Virus record (IMG/VR): IMGVR_UViG_3300006923_000022
Span: 1-62,449 of that record
DNA: 62,449 bases
Direction: 5' to 3' (one strand)
Source of the DNA: a virus
Lineage: Duplodnaviria; Caudoviricetes
Shown here piece after piece: positions 39,999 through 49,200 of the stretch. The translations under genes were made by a program, and so were the position numbers. How positions within the stretch are numbered: the stretch's first letter is position 1; each line of letters begins with the position of its first letter. The notes under the pieces are model-generated. The model worked only from the letters and a program-made list of their open reading frames with translations. It did no database searches and was not told the DNA's origin.

Positions 39999-41894
39999 AT
40001 GGCAAAATATAATAAAAAGTCGCCCTATAATCCACAATCGGATTTGTTTAAGGCACTAACCAGATTATTTTCTGGTCCTATCACGCAAAGAAGAACACAA
40101 ACTGGTAGGCAACTTAAAAGAAGAGATTTGGATATGTTTGCTAATCGCTTCAAATCAGCCTCTGGTAAGCAATTTAAAAAGTGGGAACATAATCCGATAA
40201 ACAACATCACCATGAACATGATCACTAATCGTAATAGATCCGAGAGATATGTTGATTTTGATGAAATGGAATACGTCCCAGAGATTGCCTCATCACTAGA
40301 TATCTATGCTGATGAGATGACAACACACACAGACATTCGTCCCATGTTGAGAATCAAGTGCGCTAACGAAGAAATTAAACATATTTTACAAAATTTATAT
40401 CATAATATCTTAAACATAGAACACAATTTGTTTGGCTGGGCTAGAACAATGTGTAAGTATGGAGACTTCTTTCTATATCTAGATATTGACGAGCAGTTAG
40501 GAATTCGAGCAGCTATTGGACTTCCTCCGCAAGAAATTGAAAGGCTGGAAGGAGAGGATCAAACTAATCCTAATTATGTTCAATACCAATGGAATACAGC
40601 TGCTCTTACGCTTGAAAACTGGCAAGTTGCTCATTTTCGCATTCTAGGGAATGACAAGCATGCTCCATATGGAACTTCTGTTCTGGAGCCTTCTCGTCGG
40701 ATTTACAGACAGCTTATCTTATTAGAAGATGCCATGATGGCTTATCGTATTGTTCGTGCCCCTGAGCGTCGTGTATTTAAGATCGATGTTGGTGGCATTC
40801 CTCCACAAGAGGTTGAACAATACATGCAGAAAGTTATGACTCAAATGAAGCGTCACCAAATTGTTGATCCAAAGACCGGTAAGGTTGATCTTCGTTATAA
40901 CCCAATGTCGGTTGAGGAAGATTTTTACATTCCGATTCGTGGAGGACAATCAAACACAGATATTATCTCTCTTCCCGGAGCCTCTTTCAATGGCGGTATT
41001 GACGATGTTAAGTACCTCCGAGATAAGTTGTTCTCCGCACTTAAGATACCACAGTCGTATCTTACCATGGGAGAAGGAGCAACAGAGGATAAAACCACAC
41101 TTGCACAGAAAGATATTCGTTTTGCTAGAACCATCCAGAGACTACAGAGAGTAGCGATTTCTGAGCTTGAAAAAGTCGGTATCATACATTTATATACTTT
41201 AGGATATAGAGAGGACGATTTGTTAGCCTTTAAATTACATCTTAATAATCCTTCAAAGATCGCAGAATTACAAGAACTCGAACATTGGAAACAGAAGTTC
41301 GATATCGCAGCATCTGCTACTGAAGGTTACTTTTCAAAACGCTGGATTGCGGAGAACCTCTTAGGAATGTCTGAAGACGAGTTCCTTCGCAATCAAAGAG
41401 AAATGTTCTTCGACAAGAAGTATACCGCTAAACTGGAAGCAGCCACCGCTGGTGGAGAAGCTGCTGAAGGTGAAGGCGGAGGCGGCGGACTTGCCGGTGG
41501 TCTCGGAGACCTCGGTGGAGCCGAAGGTGACCTCGGTGGTGACCTTGATCTCGGAGGTGAAGGCGAGGACATTGCTGGGGAAACTGGTGATGATGAAGGG
41601 GGTGATACTGATCTTCTCGCCGAACCTCCTCCCGCTAAACGTGATGATTTAATTGTAAAACCACCAACAACTAAGAAGGGCGGAGTAACAAAACACTTAA
41701 AGAACGTAGCTAGAGGTGGAGAACATGGTACGACAAAAAGAACAAAGTTTCAAGGAGCTTATGGTTATGGAAGTCTAAATACTATGTACGAACAAATGGA
41801 CAAAGACGAGGACAAGTTATTTGCTGTCTCTCGTGATGTCGAGATGTTATTAGAAGGTTTATTTAAAAAGGAGACCGAAGATGAAACACAATAA
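39999..41894 (+). CDS. Portal protein (T4 gp20-like) with acidic Gly-rich C-terminal extension
   Basis: PEIASSLDIYADE, LEDAMMAYRIVRAPERRVFKIDVG, EDFYIP.RGG..T.I..LPG, IDDVKY...KLF.AL.IP. Confidence 0.95.
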   Translation: MAKYNKKSPYNPQSDLFKALTRLFSGPITQRRTQTGRQLKRRDLDMFANRFKSASGKQFKKWEHNPINNITMNMITNRNRSERYVDFDEMEYVPEIASSLDIYADEMTTHTDIRPMLRIKCANEEIKHILQNLYHNILNIEHNLFGWARTMCKYGDFFLYLDIDEQLGIRAAIGLPPQEIERLEGEDQTNPNYVQYQWNTAALTLENWQVAHFRILGNDKHAPYGTSVLEPSRRIYRQLILLEDAMMAYRIVRAPERRVFKIDVGGIPPQEVEQYMQKVMTQMKRHQIVDPKTGKVDLRYNPMSVEEDFYIPIRGGQSNTDIISLPGASFNGGIDDVKYLRDKLFSALKIPQSYLTMGEGATEDKTTLAQKDIRFARTIQRLQRVAISELEKVGIIHLYTLGYREDDLLAFKLHLNNPSKIAELQELEHWKQKFDIAASATEGYFSKRWIAENLLGMSEDEFLRNQREMFFDKKYTAKLEAATAGGEAAEGEGGGGGLAGGLGDLGGAEGDLGGDLDLGGEGEDIAGETGDDEGGDTDLLAEPPPAKRDDLIVKPPTTKKGGVTKHLKNVARGGEHGTTKRTKFQGAYGYGSLNTMYEQMDKDEDKLFAVSRDVEMLLEGLFKKETEDETQ

Positions 41895-42690
41895 GAAAAG
41901 AAATACCGCTTTTCTTTACGAATGTCTTATAAAAGAAATGACAAAGGCAATCGTACGAAAGGACGAGACCACAAAACAAACGGTGGTTGAGATTCTAAAG
42001 AACAACTTCTCAAAAGGATCTCCGTTGTATAATGACTTACAACAATATAAGCAACTGCTTGAGACCCAAAGTCTTTCCGAAGAATTTGCAACTCGGTTTA
42101 TGACCGAAGTTAGAAAGGATTGGAACGAACTCAACAGAAAGGAAATATTCAATTGCCAAACTCAACTTATCAAAGAGATGAACGAAACTATTTCTTCAAA
42201 CGTTTTTGGAAACTTTATACCCAACTATAAAAATATAGCAACAGTTGGCTCGTATTTCTATTCTAAGGGCTCCAAACCTAAGACTAGGCTGTTGATAGAG
42301 GATAGAGTAAAGACCCTTGTTGTTTCTCAACCTAGGGCCCTTAAAAGCGAAGAAATGAAAACCCTTGATAGTTTGACTTATAACACTTTCATAAATAAGT
42401 TCAATGAAACATATCAACACACACTCAGAGATGAACAGAGAGGTTTATTAACAAACTATATCACATCGTTCTCCGATAATGGCTTGGGACTCAAATCATT
42501 TATGAACGAAGAACTTGGAAGACTGAAGAGTGAGATCCAAGCACTTTCTGAATCTAACTACGGAGATAAACTCATTCAAGTTAAAGAAAAGCTTGAAAAT
42601 TTTTCAAAGCAACCAATAACAGAAAACATGGTCAAGGATGTGTTTTATATCCAAGACCTACTTGCGGAGATCAGCAAAAATGAAAGTTAA
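41881..42690 (+). CDS. Probable prohead core/assembly protein
   Basis: Helical protein directly after the portal with several L-x-E sites; position corresponds to T4 prohead core genes (inference). Confidence 0.45.
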   Translation: MKHNKKRNTAFLYECLIKEMTKAIVRKDETTKQTVVEILKNNFSKGSPLYNDLQQYKQLLETQSLSEEFATRFMTEVRKDWNELNRKEIFNCQTQLIKEMNETISSNVFGNFIPNYKNIATVGSYFYSKGSKPKTRLLIEDRVKTLVVSQPRALKSEEMKTLDSLTYNTFINKFNETYQHTLRDEQRGLLTNYITSFSDNGLGLKSFMNEELGRLKSEIQALSESNYGDKLIQVKEKLENFSKQPITENMVKDVFYIQDLLAEISKNES

Positions 42691-43282
42691 AATACTACCA
42701 CCAGAAGATATCGTAACAATAGACATAGACAGAACCATCAACGTTAAGATTAAACCAACCATAAGTGTCGAGATCAAAAACTCAAACAAAAAGCGTATTG
42801 ATTTTAAAATGAATATGAGAAAGGCTTTAAATGGAGATCTTATGATATTTGATCACAAGGATATTGACATTATTGTAATGACTGAAAAAAAGAAGGTTGT
42901 TGCTTTTGCAAAAGATCTGATGTCTGAAGTTGTTTATGGAGCAGAGTCTAGACTTATGGAACACCTTAGACGCTCAGGAGTTATCGAATATGATTCAATT
43001 CAGGGTGGAAATGTTTACGGCTCACTAGAAGGAAAACTTCACGAAGCAACAGAGAGAGATGCATTAAAAACAGTTGTTTTCCAAATATCTGAGTGGATGA
43101 AAGATGAGCTTCCATATATTGAAGCCTCAAAGGGTCACGACGAACAGATGGAAGATGCTCTAATAAAACCAGATGGTGAAAATTCAACCGAGCTTGGAGA
43201 GATTCCGCATGAAGATGAAAAGGGTTCGATCAAGCAAAGAGGTATGTTTTCTCCATATTTCTATGGAAGGTACACTTACTAA
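42680..43282 (+). CDS. Hypothetical protein in head module
   Basis: ATG 42680 follows GGAG; ORF open to 43282. Confidence 0.6.
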   Translation: MKVKILPPEDIVTIDIDRTINVKIKPTISVEIKNSNKKRIDFKMNMRKALNGDLMIFDHKDIDIIVMTEKKKVVAFAKDLMSEVVYGAESRLMEHLRRSGVIEYDSIQGGNVYGSLEGKLHEATERDALKTVVFQISEWMKDELPYIEASKGHDEQMEDALIKPDGENSTELGEIPHEDEKGSIKQRGMFSPYFYGRYTY

Positions 43283-44019
43283 TGAAACTTATAATGGAAA
43301 GTTGGAGGAAGTTCTTGACAGAGAGTCCTCTCTATGATTACGAACCAGAAAAATTTGGATCCTTGTCTCTTTATCATGAGGATAATGGCGACAACGGAGA
43401 ACTGGTGTTATATCACATGATGCCAACAATTGTGGACAATGGAATGTACATTGTTGGATACTTGAGTTATGATGAGACACAAGAACCTTGTATTCCAAAA
43501 ACTTATCAAATAGGCGGAGTCTATGTCGAAGAAGAGGCAAGAGGGAAAGGTTTTTCCAAAATGCTTTATGATATTATGTTTACGGTAGCAAAAGACAAGG
43601 GCTACGGTGTAACATCGGATCATTCATTTGGTACCACTGATGTTGCAAAAGAGAAAGTGTGGAATAAGATAGAGGCAGAAGATGCAGCTTACAGGAAAAG
43701 AGAGACAGATCAGGGAAACTTCAAATTTGATTACAACAACAGTACACCAGATGATCCTAACGATGATTGTGATGTTGGGGTATATGATAAACCTGAAGAG
43801 TTAGCGACTGACCATTCTTTTGAAAAAGAAGACACATCACAGAGTGAACAGACCTATAGAAATTTAATAAGAAACCACTTGCTAAATATAAGATATTTAA
43901 AGTCCGGGAAGGATATGAAATGGTTGGAAGGTCAACTATCGGACAGAGGCTCAACAGGTTTTTCAGATGCATATAGTGCAGAATTAGCAAAAGAGAAAGG
44001 TCGATATGACACTTATTAA
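43282..44019 (+). CDS. GNAT-family acetyltransferase with MKLIMESWRKFLTE leader
   Basis: Acetyl-CoA motif A IGGVYVEEEARGKGFSKMLY (V..E.RGxG) and downstream A..VW.K helix. Confidence 0.7.
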   Translation: MKLIMESWRKFLTESPLYDYEPEKFGSLSLYHEDNGDNGELVLYHMMPTIVDNGMYIVGYLSYDETQEPCIPKTYQIGGVYVEEEARGKGFSKMLYDIMFTVAKDKGYGVTSDHSFGTTDVAKEKVWNKIEAEDAAYRKRETDQGNFKFDYNNSTPDDPNDDCDVGVYDKPEELATDHSFEKEDTSQSEQTYRNLIRNHLLNIRYLKSGKDMKWLEGQLSDRGSTGFSDAYSAELAKEKGRYDTY

Positions 44020-44374
44020 TATGGAGATGGATTTGTTATATTTTATTTTAACTGCTTATGGCTTAACACAGATCTTGGTTTATTCCAAGGTATTTGAAAA
44101 AGTAAGACCTGCACGAGACCAATGGGGTCTTATCGGTTATATGGCCAACTGCTCAATGTGTATGGGCTTTTGGGTTGGTATGTTTTTGTTTTTCATAAAC
44201 GGATTTACGGAACTATTTACATTTGATTATAATATAGGTAATATGTTTGTCTGTGGATGGATATCTTCTGGTACTTCTTATTTTCTTTCAATGTTGTTGA
44301 ATGATGAAGGACTAAAGGTTCAAGGAAATAAAACAACATGTAACTGTGCAACAAAACAGAGAGGTGAGTTATGA
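44006..44374 (+). CDS. DUF1360-like membrane protein (CxxC-GFW)
   Basis: Three hydrophobic segments and CSMCMGFWVG; true start may be 44021 or 44027. Confidence 0.55.
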   Translation: MTLINMEMDLLYFILTAYGLTQILVYSKVFEKVRPARDQWGLIGYMANCSMCMGFWVGMFLFFINGFTELFTFDYNIGNMFVCGWISSGTSYFLSMLLNDEGLKVQGNKTTCNCATKQRGEL

Positions 44375-44424
44375 TGAAAAAATGGATGTTACAACCAGTT
44401 CGTCGTTGCTGCTCAGGTAGCTGA
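44371..44424 (+). CDS. Unannotated 17-aa peptide MMKKWMLQPVRRCCSGS
   Basis: GAGAGGTGA SD, ATGA overlap with the upstream stop, in frame with the downstream protease ATG. Confidence 0.4.
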   Translation: MMKKWMLQPVRRCCSGS

Positions 44425-44460
44425 CTCAGGCGGGTGACGCCCGTATATTTGGAGATTTAA

Positions 44461-45093
44461 ATGAGTAAACAATTATTAACAGAATTTTTTGAACTGTGTC
44501 CGAACGGACGCTGTCTTGATCTACTGAGTGAGAGACAAAAGAAAGAAGTAATCGAGAACGGTGCCGTATATCTTACCGGTCGTATTCAAACAGCAGGAAA
44601 GAAGAACGGAAACGGACGAGTTTATCCAAAGAAAGTTCTGGAGAAAGAAATAAATAACTATCAAAAAATAGTGAAAGACAGCAGAGCAACAGGCGAACTA
44701 GATCATCCTGATGATTCTGTCATCAACCTTAAGAACGTATCACATTTGATTGTTGAGTGCTGGTGGCAAGGAAATGATGTCATGGGAAAGATCAAGGTTC
44801 TTGATACTCCATCTGGTCGTATCCTTAAAGACCTTATTAATGCTGGTGTAAAACTCGGAATCTCATCCCGTGGATTAGGCTCAGTTAACGAAGACATGAG
44901 CGGACAATCAGTTGTAGCCGAAGACTTTCAGCTTATTTGTTTTGATATCGTATCAGAACCTTCAACCCCAGATGCCTATGTGTATCCGGACGAAAAACGC
45001 AACGCTCTTGGCTCCGACATGTTTAAAGTCAAGATGAGAGAAAACAAAGAAAACCAAATAGATAATCTATTTAATAAGATATTGAGGGATTAA
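44461..45093 (+). CDS. Prohead maturation protease (T4 gp21-like)
   Basis: NGNGRVYP, GELDHP, VSH, TPSG.IL, LGISSRGLGS, FDIVSEPS.P.A. Confidence 0.95.
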   Translation: MSKQLLTEFFELCPNGRCLDLLSERQKKEVIENGAVYLTGRIQTAGKKNGNGRVYPKKVLEKEINNYQKIVKDSRATGELDHPDDSVINLKNVSHLIVECWWQGNDVMGKIKVLDTPSGRILKDLINAGVKLGISSRGLGSVNEDMSGQSVVAEDFQLICFDIVSEPSTPDAYVYPDEKRNALGSDMFKVKMRENKENQIDNLFNKILRD

Positions 45094-45510
45094 ATGAACA
45101 AGAATGAATTAAAACAAATGCTCAAACCATTGATAAAGGAGTGCATCAAAGAAGTTATTTTCGAAGACGGAACTCTTTCGTCAATTGTATCTGAAGTAGC
45201 AAGGGGAATGGGACAACAGACAATCGTTGAGACCAAACAAGTTTTTCCAACAAAACAAAAGCCACAATATGAAACAGACGATCAGGCTAAAAAAAGACTT
45301 GATGAGAAAAGAAATAAGATGATGGAAGCAATTGGCGGAGATGCATATAACGGAGTAAATCTCTTCGAAGGCACGACACCAACACCAACACCAACAAGCG
45401 ATAACAATCAGGGGCCATTGTCAGGAGTTGACCCTAATGATGCCGGTGTTGATATAACATCAGTTATGGGGAAATCAGCGGCTATATGGTCGAAAATGGC
45501 AGGTAAGTAA
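45094..45510 (+). CDS. Hypothetical protein with leader-like N-terminus (MNKNELKQMLKPLIKE)
   Basis: Preceded by TCTATTTA (45066-45073) and GAGGG; N-terminal helix resembles the shared leader. Confidence 0.6.
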   Translation: MNKNELKQMLKPLIKECIKEVIFEDGTLSSIVSEVARGMGQQTIVETKQVFPTKQKPQYETDDQAKKRLDEKRNKMMEAIGGDAYNGVNLFEGTTPTPTPTSDNNQGPLSGVDPNDAGVDITSVMGKSAAIWSKMAGK

Positions 45511-45716
45511 TGGGCATAAACTATTCAGTAAAAGTCCGAAGAAAGGACAATATTGAACGTGTTATAAAGCGTTTTATAAAAAAATGTAAAAAACTTGGTA
45601 TAATTGATGAGGCGAAAGATAGACGCCACTATACCAAACCTTCGGAAAAAAGGCGACGCGCAAAAGAACGAGCCATCCGAAGACGCAAGAAAGAAGAGAG
45701 AAAACGTAGAAAATAG
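45510..45716 (+). CDS. rpsU: Ribosomal protein bS21
   Basis: V.VR..DNIERVIKRFIKK....GII.E.K.R.HY.KPSEKRRR is the bS21 family pattern; 68 aa, highly basic. Confidence 0.9.
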   Translation: MGINYSVKVRRKDNIERVIKRFIKKCKKLGIIDEAKDRRHYTKPSEKRRRAKERAIRRRKKEERKRRK

Positions 45717-45724
45717 ACTATTTA
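45717..45724 (+). promoter_or_regulatory. Putative late promoter motif (ACTATTTA)
   Basis: Directly after the bS21 stop, 22 nt before ATG 45747, with TAAGGAG SD. Confidence 0.65.
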
Positions 45725-45746
45725 TAGTAGTTTTTAAGGAGTTAAA

Positions 45747-46211
45747 ATGTCAGTACATAAACATACTAGTTGGGGACGCACTAGAAGTCCCAAAAATTTA
45801 GCAGGTTCACATGGAACAGCAATAACAGTTTTAGCAAACACAAATACCCTTAGAGGTATAACTGCTACAACAGTTGGTTACAACACAGAAAATCAAAGAT
45901 ACCTTCACGTATTGGTCGAAGAAACAAATGATGGTAGCGACACAAATGCCGATGCAGTTTTCATCTATGGGTATTGCCATGCATTTCAAAGATGGTTTGA
46001 GATACCAGAGACAGAAACAGGAGGACAAGGACAGAATGCTAGGAATGCACCATCAGAGATTGATCCAACAAATTCTTCTACATCCCCCGCCTTACATGTT
46101 CCGGGTTCTCGAGATTATAGAGTTTACGAAATTCATGGCATCGACAAGGTTGCTTTTGTAGCCGGTAATGCTAGTAGGATTAATGTTTTTGCCGCATGTA
46201 GCACATTTTAA
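45747..46211 (+). CDS. Hypothetical virion protein
   Basis: Beta-rich 154-aa ORF at the head of the fibre cluster, strong SD. Confidence 0.55.
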   Translation: MSVHKHTSWGRTRSPKNLAGSHGTAITVLANTNTLRGITATTVGYNTENQRYLHVLVEETNDGSDTNADAVFIYGYCHAFQRWFEIPETETGGQGQNARNAPSEIDPTNSSTSPALHVPGSRDYRVYEIHGIDKVAFVAGNASRINVFAACSTF

Positions 46212-46223
46212 AGAGAGGTTTAA

Positions 46224-49200
46224 ATGGGTGAATTTGGCTGGGCATATATTAGTGGAAGCAATGCTGGTGGTATTAACGATTCTATTCAAATTAAGAAGGA
46301 TCAGGCATTCACCGGTTCTTCTAATTTTACATATAGTGTTGCATCATCAACGGTTGCGCTAACTGGTACACTGAATGTATCGGGTACTATAAATGCCAAT
46401 GCTTTTAATTTAGATGTTACTAGTAAAAATGTAACAAATCTATCAGTTACTGGGTCTTCAAAGTTTGGTGACACAGCCGATGATGTCCACCAATTTACTG
46501 GTTCAATGAAAACAGCTGGTGCTGTTTCTTCTTCTTTAGGAAATAGTGCTCTTAGTTATGCTGGTATCAATGCGACAATGACGAATACCATTTCTAGCGC
46601 CATCGTCTCAGGATCAACAATGATCACTGGTGCTGCTGGGACCTTTGCATCAACTGTATCAGGTGGTGCTGGTACATTCACAACCCTTGCTGGTACTTCT
46701 TTAGCTTTACAAAACGGAGGAGTAACAAATGCAGGCTCCATTGCCGGTGCTACAACTGGTACTTTCTCCAGTACAGTAAGTGGTGCTGCTGGTACATTCA
46801 CAACCCTTGCTGGGACCTCCTTAGCACTACAGAATGGTGGCATAACAAACGCCGGCTCTATTGCTGGTGGGACAACAATATCTGGAACTGTCGGGAACTA
46901 CACAACATTAACAGGTACTTCGTTAAATCTTCAAGCCGGTGGTATAACAAACGCCGGCGCAATTGCTGGTGCTACAACAGTATCAGGGGGTGCTGGTTCT
47001 TTTGTTGCAATCACTGGGACATCATTGAACCTCCAGACAGGAGGCATCACGAATGCTGGTGCAATCTCTGGTGTCACGACTATATCTGGCTCTTCTAATC
47101 TGCAAATAGGTGGAACAGTGTCTGGCTCTACGATGCATTTAACAGGCTTGTCTGCTGGTACTGCTACCACATCGAGTTTTCTTGCTTTAGATACAAACAA
47201 CAATATTGTTCTCACTTCATCTTCTGGCGGCACAGCAACTCAAAGCAAATTAGGTGCTGCTGAAGACGGTGACTATGCCGACGGTCTTTATACCGATTTA
47301 ACAGCAGAGACTCTAATCGGGGTACCAATTGATCGCTTTAACGAAGTACTTAAAATATTGGCACCATCCCCAGCCCCAGCAGTAAATTCTATCAACGAAG
47401 ATATCACAGATGGTATTACAGCAAAGCTATCATTTGGATCGTCTTATCCAATAACAGATTATACCTCCTCCGGTACCACAGCTGGCTTTAATGCTGTTGG
47501 TAGATCAGGCAGCTATTCAGCTGCAACATCTGGCTCTAACATAAGATTGGGAATATACGATGGAACACAAGACATAACAGGGTATATCAATCATGACACG
47601 GTTGAATCTGTTGCGAATGGGTACTTAGCTTATTCAAATGATGCGTTTGGGAATGCAAATGAAGGTACTCTGAAGCTGGAATTAAACGGAACAGTAATAC
47701 ATTCAGTTGCGTTATCTGGGTTGGCAGGGAGCGGGAACCCCTTTACGGGATCTGCTAGTTCTCTTACAAGTCAATCAGGTTTTATTAATGTGTCCCTCAC
47801 AGCTTCTTCCTATGATGGAAACAACGCAGAGTGGTATATTTTTAAACATAGGACTGCCAAATTCAAGGTTGATGCTGGCGATCAAAAAGTTGGTTGGAAC
47901 TATGCGAGAGTAATTCACAGTTTAACCATAGACAACACTACAAACTATATCGAATGGGTCAACGATCCATCAGGTGCAGTCAATGACCTATCTGTCTCAA
48001 ATGGGAGAATAGAGGAGATAGCATTGGTCGGTACCAAATACCTTTCAGGTATTAAGTACAACACAGATGCCACAGCAAAATATAAGGTCGATATTAACAA
48101 TTTATATCGAAATATATATGCTGCTAGCGGAACACCTATTTCTTTTACTGTTGCAAATAGTGCAACACCTTCCGCACAATCCGTCGCTGACATCGGAGCA
48201 TCGGAAAACAATACAAAAGTCTTAGGTGTTACCGCCTCTTTGGATTTTAATGGCTCAACCTTATTTAGTGGCTCTATCACTAGCAATACAACTGTGACTC
48301 ATCCGTTAAAGAATACAATTTCAAATCAGGGTGGCGCTACAACTGGTAATGGTTTTCTCATTGATAACAGAACATTGGCCAGTTCCGTTTGGGAAGAAAA
48401 GTTTCATGACGAGACATATAGAAAAGTATCTAGCTCGTATAACGACCAAGCTGCGACAACAAACGTCTCTTCGTATTGGAATTCTCAAACACACATGACA
48501 GGTTCCAATGTAGATGGGCACCAAGATGGTTTGCTTTTTCATAATCAAAGACTTTATAGCCCTGTTGATGGAGACATACCCCATGGAGGGAATATAGCTG
48601 CTCTTGATAATATTGCTAGTGGTAACCCAAACTATAGTGGAATAATTGGAACAAGAACATTTTATCGTGTTGTTTCAAACTCAAGCGGAGTAACAAAGAG
48701 GGACATGAAGATCGTCTCTACAAAAAGTTCAACTACATATAACAATTCATCACTCGCAGCGGCAAACCTTCATTTTTTCGTAAAGGTGCCCGGTGCCACA
48801 GGTTGGATGGACATTTCACAAAATTTTGTATATGGAAGCACATCAGATAATAATGGGGCTTTGATAGCAGGAGCGGCGAATGATGTTGATTCTGGCAACA
48901 ATGCTCATTTTGTAACATTTGGAACAGAATCTATCGCTATCGGTGAAAATGTGATGGTTAAGATCCTAGCAGACGAAAGCTGGAGTGGATACCTTTCGGA
49001 ACTTTCATTCAGTGTTGGAGCAACATCGAACACTGCTACTGAAACGGCGGCACTAGATGACATTGATGCGAACAATACTGGTGTTCCTTCTAAACTGTCC
49101 TTTGGAGCTGCAAATGGTGTAACAAATTACAGCAATGCAACAGGATCTGCTATTTCTTTAAGTGATATTAATTCAAATGGATCCTATACGGTTAGTGGAG

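Noticed and set aside
44422-44460. Selenocysteine insertion (UGA plus SECIS) in the micropeptide
   Set aside because: The hairpin loop is only about 10 nt after the UGA, closer than typical bacterial SECIS spacing, and no selenoprotein family is recognisable.
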